A stretch of 64,000 nucleotides of DNA from assembly GCA_964016885.1 (NCBI GenBank), contig OZ024750.1:10416001-10480000 (forward strand), written 5' to 3'. The first letter of the stretch is position 1, and the number at the start of each line of letters is the position of its first letter. The position numbers and the translations under genes were made by a program. Shown piece by piece: positions 1-15,303 of this stretch. The notes beneath the pieces are model-generated. The model was given only the letters and a program-made list of their open reading frames with translations. It was not told the DNA's origin and did not search any database. This DNA comes from Eledone cirrhosa (lineage: Eukaryota).

Positions 1-82
<82 letters not shown>

Positions 83-189
83 AATTGTTTTACGGTCCAA
101 CTGATAACGTAGACTAGTAGTTATCATCATCATTATCATCATCATCAAGGGTAACAGCAATAGCAGGAGTAGAAGTATTAATAGTACTA

Positions 190-530
190 GTAGTGGTAGT
201 GGTGGTGGTAGTGGTGGTGGTAGTGGTGGTGTTGGTAGTGGGGGATGTGGTGGTGGTGGTGGTGGGTAGTGGTGGTGGTGGGTAGTGGTGGGTAGTGGTG
301 GTGGTAGTGGTGGTGGTGTTGGTAGTGGTGGTAGTGTTGGTGGTGGTAGCGGTGGTAGTGGTGATGGTGGTAGCGGTGGTAGTGGTGGTGGTTGTGGTAG
401 GTGGTGGTGGTAGCGGTGGTGGTAGCGGTGGTAGTGGTAGTGGTGGTAGTGGTAGTGGTGGTAGTGGTGGTGGTGGTAGTGGTGGTGGTGGTAGTGGTGG
501 TAGTAGTGGTGGTAGTGGTGGTGGTGGTGT
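190..530. repeat. (GGT/AGT)n low-complexity tract; similar tracts at 23770-24256, 44500-44865 and 46610-47460
   Basis: Direct observation. Confidence 0.9.
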
Positions 531-1373
531 TGTTCTGCAATGAACTACAAACGCTCATGAGACAATAAAACTGACCACTCGCCGTCTACACGTACGGCCA
601 CAAGCCGCCATTTAATGATACAGCTTCACGATAGACTGACATTTGTGTTGGACAACAGTTACAAGGGGGACATCTTGATCGGGTCTCGTGCTGTGTCTCT
701 TCCAGCACATAGCACTGTCTGGTGAAGGAGAGAGAGAGATAGGGGTATGGGGAGAGAGATAGGGGCTAAAGGAAAGAAAGAGAGAGAGAGAGAGAGATAG
801 GGGCTAAAGGAAAGAAAGAGAGCGAGAGTGAAAGAGAGAGAGAGAGAGTGTAAAAGAAAGAAAGAGAGAGAGAGGGTAAAGGAAAGAAAGAGAGAGAGGG
901 TAAAGGAAAGAAAGAGAGAGAGAGAACGAGAGGGTTAAGGGAGTGAGAGAAAGAGGAAAAAAGATGGGGGGGGGGTTAGAAATTAAGAGAGAGAGAAAAT
1001 AAAGATAAAATATCTGAGGTGTCGAGAATGAAAGAGAGAAAGAAAGAGAGGAAGAGAGAAAGAAAGAGAGGAAGAGAGAAAGAAAGAGAGGAAGAGAGAA
1101 AGAGAGAAAGAAAAAAGAAGGAAAATGCGTTAGCCAGTAAATCCTGTTTACTATTTGCGCGTTCATGTGTTCGAAAAAAAGAATCTGTTGGCGAGTTATT
1201 TGAAATGAAGAAATCTCCATCTTGTTACGTATAGTCACGTGTTTGTTTTGGTATAAAGTAATATGTGTGTGTATATATATGTGTGTGTGTGTATATATAT
1301 GTGTGTGTGTGTGTATATATATATATATGTGTGTATATATATATATATGTATATATATATATGTGTGTGTGTG

Positions 1374-1406
<33 letters not shown>

Positions 1407-1457
1407 GTGTGTGTGTGTATATATATGTGTGTGTGTGTGTATATATATATATGTGTG

Positions 1458-1528
<71 letters not shown>

Positions 1529-1549
1529 GTGTGTGTGTGTATATATATA

Positions 1550-1580
<31 letters not shown>

Positions 1581-1647
1581 GTGTGTATATATATATATAT
1601 GTGTATATATATATGTGTGTGTGTGTGTGTGTATATATATATGTGTG

Positions 1648-1678
<31 letters not shown>

Positions 1679-1755
1679 GTGTGTGTGTATGTGTATATAT
1701 ATATGTGTGTATATATATATATATATGTATATATATGTGTGTGTGTGTGTGTGTA

Positions 1756-1838
<83 letters not shown>

Positions 1839-1839
1839 G

Positions 1840-1876
<37 letters not shown>

Positions 1877-1895
1877 GTGTGTGTGTGTGTGTATA

Positions 1896-1950
<55 letters not shown>

Positions 1951-1969
1951 GTGTGTGTGTGTGTATATA

Positions 1970-2016
<47 letters not shown>

Positions 2017-2513
2017 GTGTGTGTATATGTGTGTCTATCAACAATAGAAACTTTAGCAGCAACAACAGCAACAGCAACGGTATAATCATCATTTAGATGT
2101 TAGTCTACATCCCTAACAACATCATCATCATTAACAACATCATTAACAACAACAACAGCAGCAGCAGCAGCAATAGCAACAACAACCACAATAGTAACAA
2201 CAGCAATAAAAAAACACCATTAACAACAACATCACTAACAACAACATCACTAACAACAACAACAACATCATTATCAACAACAACAGCAACAACAGCAACA
2301 ACAGCAATAAAACAACATCATCATTAACAACAACATAATTATCAACAACAACAACACTAACAACATCACTAATAGCAACAACAACAACATCACTAACAAC
2401 AACAACAACAGCAACAACAACAATAAAACAACATCATCATTAACAACAACATAATTATCAACAACAACATCACTAACAACAACAACAACAACAACATCAT
2501 TTAAATGTTCTGT

Positions 2514-3080
2514 TTAAAACTGAACACTTAAATTATCAGCGTTGAGTTCAGCGTCCATTGTTTCATAAAATTCTCTAAAATCTAAAATTCTTCCTATTTT
2601 TGTGTCGTCTGGCCACATCATATTTCGAGAGATGTATTCAACCTGGTTAACAGTTAATTTATGTCCCATAACCATTTGTAGAATATTTGAAAGTTCTTTA
2701 GTAGTTATAATAGTATCTCCGTCCAAATCAAACAAACGGAACAAAAACTCAACTTTTCTTCTTTTAGTATTGATAGAATTCTCGTTGGTATTTCGATCAA
2801 TTGGACGGAAAATCGCCAAAGTGTTCACAAACTGCACAAAACTGATCCTGTCACTTTTGGCATAATTAAAAAGTAAATGTACGATACGATCACCAAGGGG
2901 ATTAATTGCCAACTCAGTGATCCTTAAAAAATCTGCTCGTGCCAAATAACCCTTTCCCCCACCATCAAGTTTGAAAAATCTATTATAAAGTTTTTTCAAT
3001 TCCTGTTCAGTAAATCCAGTATGTGCCTTTATCGTCTTAATATCTTCAATTATTTTTATTTCCGGATGTGATAAGCCCAT
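2514..3080 (-). CDS. Calcineurin B homologous protein (CHP1-like) EF-hand protein, 188 aa, intronless, divergent
   Basis: Non-repetitive ORF with CHP/calcineurin-B motifs: N-terminal MG, TGF..QELKKLYNRF..LD..GKGYL.R.DFLRI.ELAINPLGDRIV, ISFVQFVNTLAIFRPI, NTKRRKVEFLFRLFDLDGD.II...EL..IL.MVMG, C-terminal LSVQF. Confidence 0.9.
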   Translation of the reverse strand: MGLSHPEIKIIEDIKTIKAHTGFTEQELKKLYNRFFKLDGGGKGYLARADFLRITELAINPLGDRIVHLLFNYAKSDRISFVQFVNTLAIFRPIDRNTNENSINTKRRKVEFLFRLFDLDGDTIITTKELSNILQMVMGHKLTVNQVEYISRNMMWPDDTKIGRILDFREFYETMDAELNADNLSVQF

Positions 3081-3426
3081 TCAAATTTTTTTTTTATAAC
3101 TATCTATATATCTATCTATCTATCTATATATTTTGCCAATGAAGTTGTAGTAATTTTGCACTTTTAAAAAAGACTGTGAAGCGTAGGACATTTTCTGGAC
3201 GTTTCGAGAATTCAATTGATTGCGTCACAGAAACGACGTCTTTTTTGTGGAATGTTTTGGTATTCTCTTTCATATATTTAACATTTTCTAAGTGATCGTT
3301 TTTTTTTTTATTCTAGATCAAAATAGTGTTGATTTATCTTAATATTATTTCCTAGTTGTCTCTGGATGTGTATATTTCGCAAGGTACTTTATATCTTTTA
3401 TTGGAGAAGGTGAGAATGGTCACGTG

Positions 3427-3698
3427 CAAGGGCCTTGTTTCAGGGGGTTACCAGGGGACAAATCCACCCCCCCCCCCTACTCTTTCAAACGTCTATGTTT
3501 TATTTGACATAAATTCTTTCTAAGCTTATTTTTTTATATCTGAACTTATTTATATCTGAATACATAAAATTTAATTAGCGTAAAATTTTACTTATGTGAT
3601 AGGGTCTGGGAAAGGCACCATAAGCAATTTATGCTTCTTTAAGAATCAACAAATGTTGGTTTGTCCCCCTTACATTTTTAAGGCAAACGAGGCCCCTG
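3427..3698. mobile_element. Non-autonomous hAT-type DNA transposon (MITE), 272 bp
   Basis: TIRs caagggccttgttt / aaacgaggcccctg (12/14 match) and an exact 8-bp TSD gtcacgtg at 3419-3426 and 3699-3706. Confidence 0.8.
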
Positions 3699-3844
3699 GT
3701 CACGTGCATACTCTACTCTAAATAACAGTATACTATACATTCACAATTATTTCTTCATCTCTTGTATTTATTTGTTAAGACAGAAGAATGCTGAATTATT
3801 GGCTTTGGAAAGACTTTGATATATAAACATTTTCTAACGAGATT

Positions 3845-4110
3845 TATTGTAAAACAATTCAAGCATCTTTTGAGGTTATGAACACGGAAAAGGAAAAGGA
3901 AAATCACGGGCTCTAGGGTCACGGAAGAATGGAGAGGCTGGAGGGGGAGGGTGATGGGTTCTAGGCTTAGGGCGTGGTGGTATTGAGGCTGTGCCCTGCG
4001 GACACGACCGCAAAAGCATTCTCACGGATAATGGCCAGTGACATCCTCTGTAACAGCCACTCCATCCCGAGGGGATCTTTCCCCAGGCGTGTCAACACCG
4101 TATAATAAGG
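3845..4110 (-). mobile_element. 3' end of a CRE-like (RLE-type) non-LTR retrotransposon
   Basis: Minus-strand peptide WLLQRMSLAIIRENAFAV resembles the QRLS.AIQRGNA C-terminus of CRE-clade ORFs. The downstream UTR recurs at about 22952-23116. Confidence 0.55.
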
Positions 4111-4252
4111 TTTTGCTAAATACGAAGATTCGGCTGGAAGGGGCTGATATCGTGATTTCAGATTACCCACAATTTATTTTTCCTTCCCGTAAATTGAAAT
4201 CGCTGATCAGATTGCCAGGAGGTGAGATAAAATCGATTTCAAATTACCCCTG

Positions 4253-4407
4253 GGTCTGAGTTCAAATCCCGCCGAGGTTAACTTTGCTTTTCATCCTTAC
4301 GGGGTCGATAAAATAAAGTACCAGTCACGCACTGGACTGGGGCAGATTTAATCGACTTCCCCCTCCCCCAAATTGCTGGCCTTGTGCCTATATAAGAAAC
4401 CAGTATT
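4253..4407 (+). mobile_element. tRNA-derived SINE (abundant family), 5'-truncated
   Basis: B-box gagttcaaatcc followed by cgccgaggttaactttgc.tttcatccttacggggtcgataaaataaagtaccag...ggccttgtgcc; about 9 copies in the window. Confidence 0.85.
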
Positions 4408-5507
4408 ACAATTATTATTTGTTTTTATTTATTTACATATTTCTGTAATTTATAATTCTAAAACTATATTCTATTGGCCCCAGGGGCCGCACAATATTGG
4501 GAACAATACAGTGACTAAAATATTTAATATTCAGTGGCAATAAAAATATATTTATCTACTCCAAATGTAAAAAAAAAAAAATGCATTTGTGCATGAAATA
4601 CGTAAGTGCTGCAGTTGTGCTACAGTTGTGCTGTAGTTGTGTTGCAGTTGTGTTGTAGTTGTACTGCAGTTGTACTGCAGTTGTACTGCAGTTGTACTGC
4701 AGTTGTGAATTTCCTTTTTTTTTTTTCCATTCTAAATCATTTTTTTTCCGATTCTGAATTGCCGATGTTCAAAACGTAATAATTTAAGAGTTATTACACT
4801 CACCCGCCCCGCAAAAAAAAAAAAAAAAAAAATGAAACAGGTCATAACATTTCTGTTATGGAGGAGGTAAAAATCCAATATTTAGTGACATTTCTTTTTT
4901 ATTTTTCTCATTTTGGGCCAGGCTGACAAATTTTGTATGTGTGAAGGGTTTTATACAGTAAACGCATCATGAGTTGAAGGTTTTCGAATGTATTATTTTA
5001 GTTAAAACACAGAGGAAAGTTTCCGTAATATTAACAGTGCGGGGGTAATTTGAAATCAGGTTTAAGCTATGCCCCGGGGGGTAAGATGAAAGCGATTTCA
5101 GATTATCAGGAGTTAAGTTGAAATAAGGTGTAGTAACTTCAAGTCATTACAACATTACAATAGTTGTTATGCAATCGGCCATGTTGAATCAATGATGTAA
5201 TATAATATACTATTCGCTTTCATTAGGAATATATCCAACATGTCATTACCTCTCTCTAAATATTCCGGTGAAGTTTTCTCTTTTATTTTTGTTATATAAT
5301 ATTGTTTTCTTTAATTTAGACATCATTGGCTAATTTGGGAAATGTCCATCTATTTCGATTCTAGTCCCATTCATACATCGTTAGGGTGTAGTTTTTATAG
5401 ATTATTTTTTTAATTCCGTATCACAAGTTTTTTGGTCGATATAATATTTGGGATATTATCGATTCTATTTACACGTCATTCATACCTTAGTAATTTCTTT
5501 AGCTTGG

Positions 5508-5538
<31 letters not shown>

Positions 5539-5625
5539 AACACACATACACACACACATACATACAAACACACACACACACACACATACAGGGAGATAAA
5601 TAGATAGAGAGGAAGAGAGAAAGAA

Positions 5626-5659
<34 letters not shown>

Positions 5660-5718
5660 AACATCTCTAGGGCGGGTAAAATTCCCAAGATTTCTTGAGT
5701 TATCACCGCATCAGTAGT

Positions 5719-5814
<96 letters not shown>

Positions 5815-6132
5815 GAAATTAAAAGTCTGCCTGTTTGTCTTGAAACAACAGCGCCATTTTCCCTCTAATCATGACAAAATTTAGAACAGAGATGGAAATC
5901 TATCTAGGAATATCCCATAAAAAAAAAGCTTTCGAACCCAGAAGCGAAAATTTGAGCAAGTTTTATAAAGAGTGATATAGAAAGAATGAACATTCTATTA
6001 GAGTTGGAGTGGTAGAATAGAACGAAGAATCATTTTGAGGAGGAATTTAAACGAACGAGATTTCGAAATGTAATGTTTTGATTCCCCCCCCCCCCTCCAA
6101 CTTTCTTTTTGTTCACGAATACACAGACGACA

Positions 6133-7847
<1,715 letters not shown>

Positions 7848-8456
7848 AGGTGAAATTGGAAATAGCACGGAAAATATATTTAAGGGCCTGTTTTACTTTT
7901 TTTTTCCTTTCTTTGTTTCGTCAAAGTGACATTATTTAAAAAATGAGAGGGGCAATTCTTTAAAAAAAGAGTTTTATAATGTATATAAAGTATATAAACT
8001 ATAACCAGATTCAATGTATTAGTAAAATTTGTCTTATCAAATGTTGAGTATTACAATTATATATATACAGTATATATATAGAGAGAGAGATGTAAAATCC
8101 TGATCACGGCGCCAAGCTATTTCGGCTTGTGTCTTGTTCAAGCCTTTTCAAGAGCTTCATACCCTTGAAAAAGCTTGCTGAAGACACTAGCCGAATTTCT
8201 GTGTATGTGTCCGCAGGATTTATAGACTCAGGCCCCAGGGGGTGGGGGCGTCTACATCCACAACTGGCACATATTCTTTTTCCTCTTCGACCATCCATCC
8301 ATCCATCTCAAATGCGAGAAAACCGAAAGATGCTGTTTTATGAACTGACTTCCTCTTTCTTAAGGGTTAGATACAACCTAGTCACTCCCGCCATCAGAAA
8401 TATGTAGTGAGCCAATAATGAGCTATTTAGAAACCTTTTTCGTAAATTGTGATATG

Positions 8457-8880
8457 AAATTGTTTATGGAAAATAGAAAAACCTGATTAAAAAAATTTTT
8501 AAGCAGAAAACTTTGCGATAAAATATTTTCTAAAAGACGTTTTTTTTTGTAAAAAAATGTTTTTTGAAAACTCTGAGATATTGTTTATGGAAAATTTAGC
8601 CAGAAAGTTTACTAAAAACCTTTAGAAAACCGAAATCGAAAATATTTTCCAAAAAACATTTTTTCATAAAACGTTTTTTGAAAACACCAAGACATTATTT
8701 AGGGAAAATTTAGCCAACATTTTTTACTAAAACCTTGTTTAGAAAACCGAATAAAAAAAATGTTTTTGCGACCAAATATTTTCAAAAAGACGTTTTTTAG
8801 AAAAGAAAATACTGTCGCAAAAAGTTTTCTGTAAAAAAAAAATATTTTATCAGGTTTTCTATTTTCCATAAACAATTTTA
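8457..8880. mobile_element. Foldback/MITE-like element with long inverted ends and internal degenerate tandem units
   Basis: aaattgtttatggaaaatagaaaaacctgat... is inverted relative to ...atcaggttttctattttccataaacaattt; internal repeats of aaatattttc..aaa.gacg.ttttt..gaaaa. No TSD resolved. Confidence 0.55.
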
Positions 8881-8939
8881 TTTCTAGCGGAAAAACTGCC
8901 CTTTACATAGACGTCTTCTAGTATGTATATTCATTTCTT

Positions 8940-9050
8940 ATTCTTTTATGTGTTTCAATCAGTAGACTGCAGCCATGCTGGAGCAATGTCCTGGTTTTTA
9001 TTTAATCGATCATATCAACTCCATTACATGTTTTTAAGTCTGGTACTTAG
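8940..9050 (-). mobile_element. Probable SINE fragment of a third family
   Basis: tgtttcaatcagtagactgcagccatgctggagca...gtctggtactt resembles a common cephalopod interspersed repeat; recognised from memory. Confidence 0.4.
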
Positions 9051-9129
9051 TCATCAACGCTATTACCACAAAGGAAAACAAACAGCAAAGAAGAAATAAA
9101 ATTCTTGGATACAAGATAAGGCCGACCAC

Positions 9130-9184
<55 letters not shown>

Positions 9185-9188
<4 letters not shown>

Positions 9189-9352
9189 CAATGTTAATAA
9201 ATGGAAACTATTATATGGTATTATAAATGATATTTTCTATTTATTAATATTGTTAATATTAATAATACTCCAGATAATATTTGTAGAGTGCTTCAAATCT
9301 GTTATAAAAATAACTTTGTTGAATGATAATCAACAAACCATATAACTTATTG
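9185..9352 (+). mobile_element. Related short element (hairpin 5' end plus ctccag..gtagagtgct tail); second copy at 60735-60920 (-)
   Basis: Two near-identical dispersed copies, both flanked by TA. Confidence 0.65.
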
Positions 9353-9365
9353 TTTATATATATAT

Positions 9366-9559
9366 ATAGGAACGAGTAGGACCCCGACGGCTGAGCTCAA
9401 GCCGTTTCGACGGCTAATTCTGGACTAGAATTAGCCGTCGAAACGGTTTGAGCTCAGCCGTCGGGGTCCTACTCGTTCCTATTACCCACTCTACTATCCT
9501 AAGTATTGAGTACTTTGGTGCGTTATGGTCCACCTGGTTCCTTACCACATTTCCTTCGT

Positions 9560-9561
<2 letters not shown>
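9366..9561 (+). mobile_element. Family B fold-back element (HHR 3' half, palindromic 5' end)
   Basis: Palindrome 9366-9482 (loop ggact). Right arm GAA-ACGG..tgagctca.CCGT-C-ggggtcct, then tail ..taagtattgagtact.tggtgcgttatggtccacctggttccttaccac. Confidence 0.8.
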
Positions 9562-9649
<88 letters not shown>

Positions 9650-9652
9650 ATA

Positions 9653-9795
9653 TGATGATTTCATACGAATGAAACAGTTCTAGTCCCGTAAAAGTAATTT
9701 CTTTATATATATAATCAAGAATCCTATACTTTATAAATGTATTGAGTACCTTTTTTAACTGTGGTAACCCCCTCTCTCAGACACAACTCGGGAGC
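9653..9795 (+). mobile_element. Family A HHR element, 5'-truncated at the catalytic box
   Basis: tgatga tttc(atac)gaat gaaacag ttctagtc ccgta, then tgtattgagtacc..actgtggtaacc. Confidence 0.75.
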
Positions 9796-10008
9796 CAAAC
9801 ACACACACATATATATACACATATCTGTGTGTGTCTGTGTATATATGTGTGTATGTCTGTGTGTATGTCTATGTGTGCGTGTGTATGTGTGTGCATGTAT
9901 GTGCGCATGTATGTATGTGTGCGTATGTGTGTCTGTCTGCGTGTGTATGTGTGTCTGTGTGTAGGCGTGTACGTGTGTATGTGTGTACGTATGTGTGTAC
10001 GTGTGTAC

Positions 10009-10060
<52 letters not shown>

Positions 10061-10195
10061 ATGTCCATGCTTACGCGCCCAGTTGCATGTCATCTTCAGC
10101 AGTGCACCATCCATATATCATTCAGTTTAAATATTGATATCGTGCAGTAAATAGAATATTTCTCGCAGACAGACACACGCGAACGGCTTTCTACA

Positions 10196-10226
<31 letters not shown>

Positions 10227-10329
10227 TACACACACACTGCTTTGCCACACTTGTATGTTCACTAGTATTCACACACATACACACCTAGATATCTTGAGTG
10301 TGTGTTCTTCATTTAGATGTTGTCTCTCA

Positions 10330-10377
<48 letters not shown>

Positions 10378-10439
10378 TATATGTATATATATATATATAT
10401 ATACATACATATATATATATATACACACGTACATACATA

Positions 10440-10480
<41 letters not shown>

Positions 10481-11090
10481 GGTGGCTGCCAACTCGTTTT
10501 CGAGTACGGCCACTACTTTATATCCATGTAGGAGAACCCCTACCGATGCGCTGAACAAGTGTGACTTTTTAGTCCAGCCAGCGACTTGAAAACTCTGGTA
10601 CAAAGACTATACTTGTGACAATTACTGACACATACTTCTGGGCCCATGGTACCATGTGATGACAAGTGCAGAGAGATCTCCAGATATAAAGCAATGCCTG
10701 TGCCGTGAAGCTTTTATAGTGAGCAAAGGCATTGCACAAAGCCAGTCCCACTCTCTTAACATACATACATACATACATACATATATACATACATATATAT
10801 ACATAAATATATACATGATGATGGCTGCCCCCTCGTTATCGAGTATGGCCATTGCACGATATACCATTATCAATAATTATTAACTAATTCTATCGTGCAA
10901 TGCCTGTGCGTGAAGATATTTTTTAAAGTGAGGAAAGGCTGTGCACTGAGCCAATCCCACTCTCTGAGCGACAGTAGCTATAACCCGAAAAGAAGAAAAG
11001 ATCAACATCATCAGTAACTACTGAGCCGCAGGTTTTATATATACACACATATATATATACATACATACATATATATATACATATATACAT

Positions 11091-11127
<37 letters not shown>

Positions 11128-11232
11128 CATATATACATACATACATACATACATACACATACATATATACATACATACATACATACATACATACATACAT
11201 ACACACATATATATATATATATACACATACAC

Positions 11233-11264
<32 letters not shown>

Positions 11265-11400
11265 ACATATATCCATAGATACATACACATACATATATAT
11301 ATATATATACATACACATACACACATATATATATATATATATACATACACATACATATATATATACATACACATACACACACATATATATATATATACAT

Positions 11401-11465
<65 letters not shown>

Positions 11466-11537
11466 CATACACATACATATATACATATATATACATACAT
11501 ATATATATATACATACACATACATATATTTATATATG

Positions 11538-11569
<32 letters not shown>

Positions 11570-11670
11570 CATATTTGCATACAGACACACGTCCCATAAC
11601 CTTGCCAATTTACATACATAGATAGATAGGCATGTATAACGTGTATAAATGTGTTTATAGTGGCGCGCGC

Positions 11671-11724
<54 letters not shown>

Positions 11725-11812
11725 TAGTAGCAGCTTGTGTGTGAAATTTATGCATATGCCATTATATATATATAGCAGAATGCATGATCTATAACAGACA
11801 CACACATATGTG

Positions 11813-11858
<46 letters not shown>

Positions 11859-12007
11859 CGTATGTATGTGCATGTGTGAGTATATCTGCTATGTGTGTGT
11901 GTGTGTGTGTGTGAGAGAGAGTCCGCCTCTACAAATCTCCGCCTTTGTGTAAATAATTCAGTGTGTTGATTAGGATTATCAATATATGTATGACTATATA
12001 ATCTTAC

Positions 12008-12046
<39 letters not shown>

Positions 12047-12095
12047 TCGAGGGTATATATGTACGTATTTATATGTGTGTGTGAGACAGAGAACT

Positions 12096-12127
<32 letters not shown>

Positions 12128-12275
12128 GGTGATAGAGAGGGGGAGAGCTAGAGAGAGAGAGAGAGAGAGAGAGAGAGCTGGCAGTGATTGTATATAGGGT
12201 ATGATTATACTGTTCCATGTTTTGTAAGCATGGACGTGGTTTTGTTGAGTTTAAGTGTAGACTAATATATCACTG

Positions 12276-12341
<66 letters not shown>

Positions 12342-12673
12342 CAGTGATATATTATATATATATATCTATATTATATATATATATATACTGACTGATGAGC
12401 CGAGAAGATATTCAAATGTTGGCAAGTTAGAGAAGATAAATGATAAATCGCTGACTGCTCGTGTGTTGATATCACACTCATGCTGCCGTGATTTATATCA
12501 TATCATTAAGTTATGCCGTATCTGATATATTCTGACAGTGCAGGATATACAACTCCTACAACAAGAACTTTCTTTGTTCTCTCTCTATTATATATATATA
12601 TGTTCATATATATATATATATATAGAACTTTCTTTGTTCTCCTCTATTATATATATATATTTATATATTCATA

Positions 12674-12708
<35 letters not shown>

Positions 12709-13656
12709 AGGATGAATATAAAATGAAAGTGCTTTTGTTAAAAAAGGAATTTATTAGGTATTGACATATGTTTCTGTAACAGACCGAATACCTACGTATC
12801 GCTGCTTGCGTAATCATATAATGTTAGCAAGTATTCGATAGCAAATGTATAATCAGTTGTCACTTCTTCAGAGATTTGGGATAAACTGGATAAAATCAGA
12901 AAAATTGAAGTATTTATATTAGTAAAAGAGGAAGGAACAGAGGGGATAGTATATGACAGATGGTAAAATAATTTACTGCTAAACAAGTATATAATGGGTT
13001 TTTAATGAGAATACCATGAGTAAATCTAAATAAGAATTTTGGGAGTGCCAATTTTAATCTCTACTTGACCAACTGGACAGTGGACAGGGCTGGTCATTTG
13101 GTGCAGTAGTATTAATTATAAAGTGTCAATTGGGGAAGGGGGAGATTTCGATTGCTACTAAATAACATCAATGCTAGTAGTCAGCTGGTATATGCATTAG
13201 GGAATTGAATCAAGAAATCAGAAATCTCATTTTATCTATAGCAGTTTGTATTAAAAGGTAAATAATAGAAGAGTTGATAGAATTAAGACTAATAAAGAAT
13301 GTTCATATCTATTTTGACACGTGTGTGTATGTGTGTGTGAAAATGAACCGAGAGAGGACAAGACAACGAACGAAAACAAGGCAATACGAAAACAATTTTT
13401 GTAAGGGGAATTTTCAAAAAACTATTTTTTGAAAATAAAATACAAACGAAAGAAGATACAGAACTCCAGATTCATCGGCCGTTGAGGTAGACTTTAGCAA
13501 GAGTCAACCCCCTACCAACGGTACTGCTGGTTTACCCGGGGTCACAACGTCAGGCACAAGCCAAAACGTTGTCCAGTGGAGTAAGAGACGAGACCAAACA
13601 GTAACTTATAACCACTAAACTATGACAAATACACACACACACGCACACACACATAC

Positions 13657-13744
<88 letters not shown>

Positions 13745-13746
<2 letters not shown>

Positions 13747-13903
13747 CAAAGAAAGTGTGGTATGGAACCAGGTGGACCATAACGCACCAGAGTACTCGAT
13801 TCTTAGGGTAGTAGAATGGGTAATAGGAAAAGAATCAGGACCCCGAGGGCTGAGCTCCGGCCGTTTCGACAGCTCTGCCGTCGGGGTCCTGACTCTTTTC
13901 CTA
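13745..13903 (-). mobile_element. Family B fold-back element
   Basis: Reverse tail plus inverted repeat aggaaaaga.tcaggacccc..ggggtcctgactcttttcct; junction at agct. Confidence 0.8.
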
Positions 13904-15080
13904 TATATATAGAGAGAGATAGATAGATAGATAGATAAAGAGGTTTATGAGTGTCTGTCTTTTGATGTTGGATGACGTCAGGAAAGCCAATATCTGGAGG
14001 ATTTTTACTTTCTATGTAAGCAGGATTACCGTACAATCACTTGTCACGTTTTACAGAAATCGCCAGACATATTAAGCTTGAGGATATATTAAACTTCATG
14101 CCTATTTCTCGTTCACATGTCTGTAGCGCCGGGGGTGGGGTGTGGTGTGGTGGGGTGGTGTGGGGTGGGTTACCATGTGGTATTTCATTTCGTTCCTTTA
14201 CGATCTGATTTCAATTTCCATTTTTTCCTCTCATCCCTCAAACATCGTCGGCTCCTTTTTTTAAAAAAAATGTTTCCCTTACAAGGCACTGACCAAACCC
14301 TTATACTATTACAAGGCACTGACCAAACCCTTTACTATTACAAGGGACTGACCAAACCATTGTCCAAACCCTTATACTATTACAAGGCACTGACCAAACC
14401 CTTGACCAAACCCTTATACTATTACATCGGAAAAGAAGACAAACTTATCTATACATTCAATACATACCAGGTTGTGTGTTTCCAGAAGACGATTCTGGAG
14501 CTGCTAGCTAGGAGAGCGGGGAGAGATAGAGATGGGGGAGAGGAAGATATGGAGAGGGGGGAAAGGGAGATATGGAGAGGGCGGAGAGGGAGAAAGAGGG
14601 GGTGGAGGGAGAGAGATGAAGAGGGGTGGAGGGCGAGAGAGAGAAAGAGAGAGCGAGGGAGGAAGAGAGAGATAGAGATAGATAGATAAAGAGAGCGAGA
14701 GAGAGAGCGAGAGAGATACAGAGACCACAATAAAAGTAAGAGAAATTGAGTTATCAAAGAGAGAAAAAGGGGGAAAAGAAAATGATAAGAGAGGGGGTGG
14801 TAATAAAAAGGTGAAAGTTGTGGTGACTAGTCCGAAGTATGAGGAGTGTAGGAATGTACCAGGCGAAATATTTCAGGGGAGGTAATTATAGGTTGTCGCC
14901 AATGTTCACGAGTATTTCATGCGTAATAGATTTCATACAATTTTGCTTGTTATAAAATGAGTCATTGAAACGTTTGTCAACTGCCATTTTACTCTGATGA
15001 TCACTGACATAACACGGTCTAGATACAGTCGCTAGATTGGAGCACACACTCATATAATTCGAATCTTGTATGTACATGTA

Positions 15081-15150
<70 letters not shown>

Positions 15151-15268
15151 CACACACTAACACACACATACACTAACACAGACACACACTAACACATACA
15201 CACACTAACAGGCACACACAAACACATATACACACACTCATATAATTCGAATCTTGTATGTACATGTA

Positions 15269-15303
<35 letters not shown>

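Noticed and set aside
12385-12430. CTGATGA-gcc...ggc hammerhead candidate
   Set aside because: No GAAA or stem III. Candidates at 14965-15010, 53475 and 59712 likewise lack the required stems.
12790-13320. Possible degraded L1-like RT fragment
   Set aside because: Only vague resemblance; no intact YADD or other diagnostic motif.
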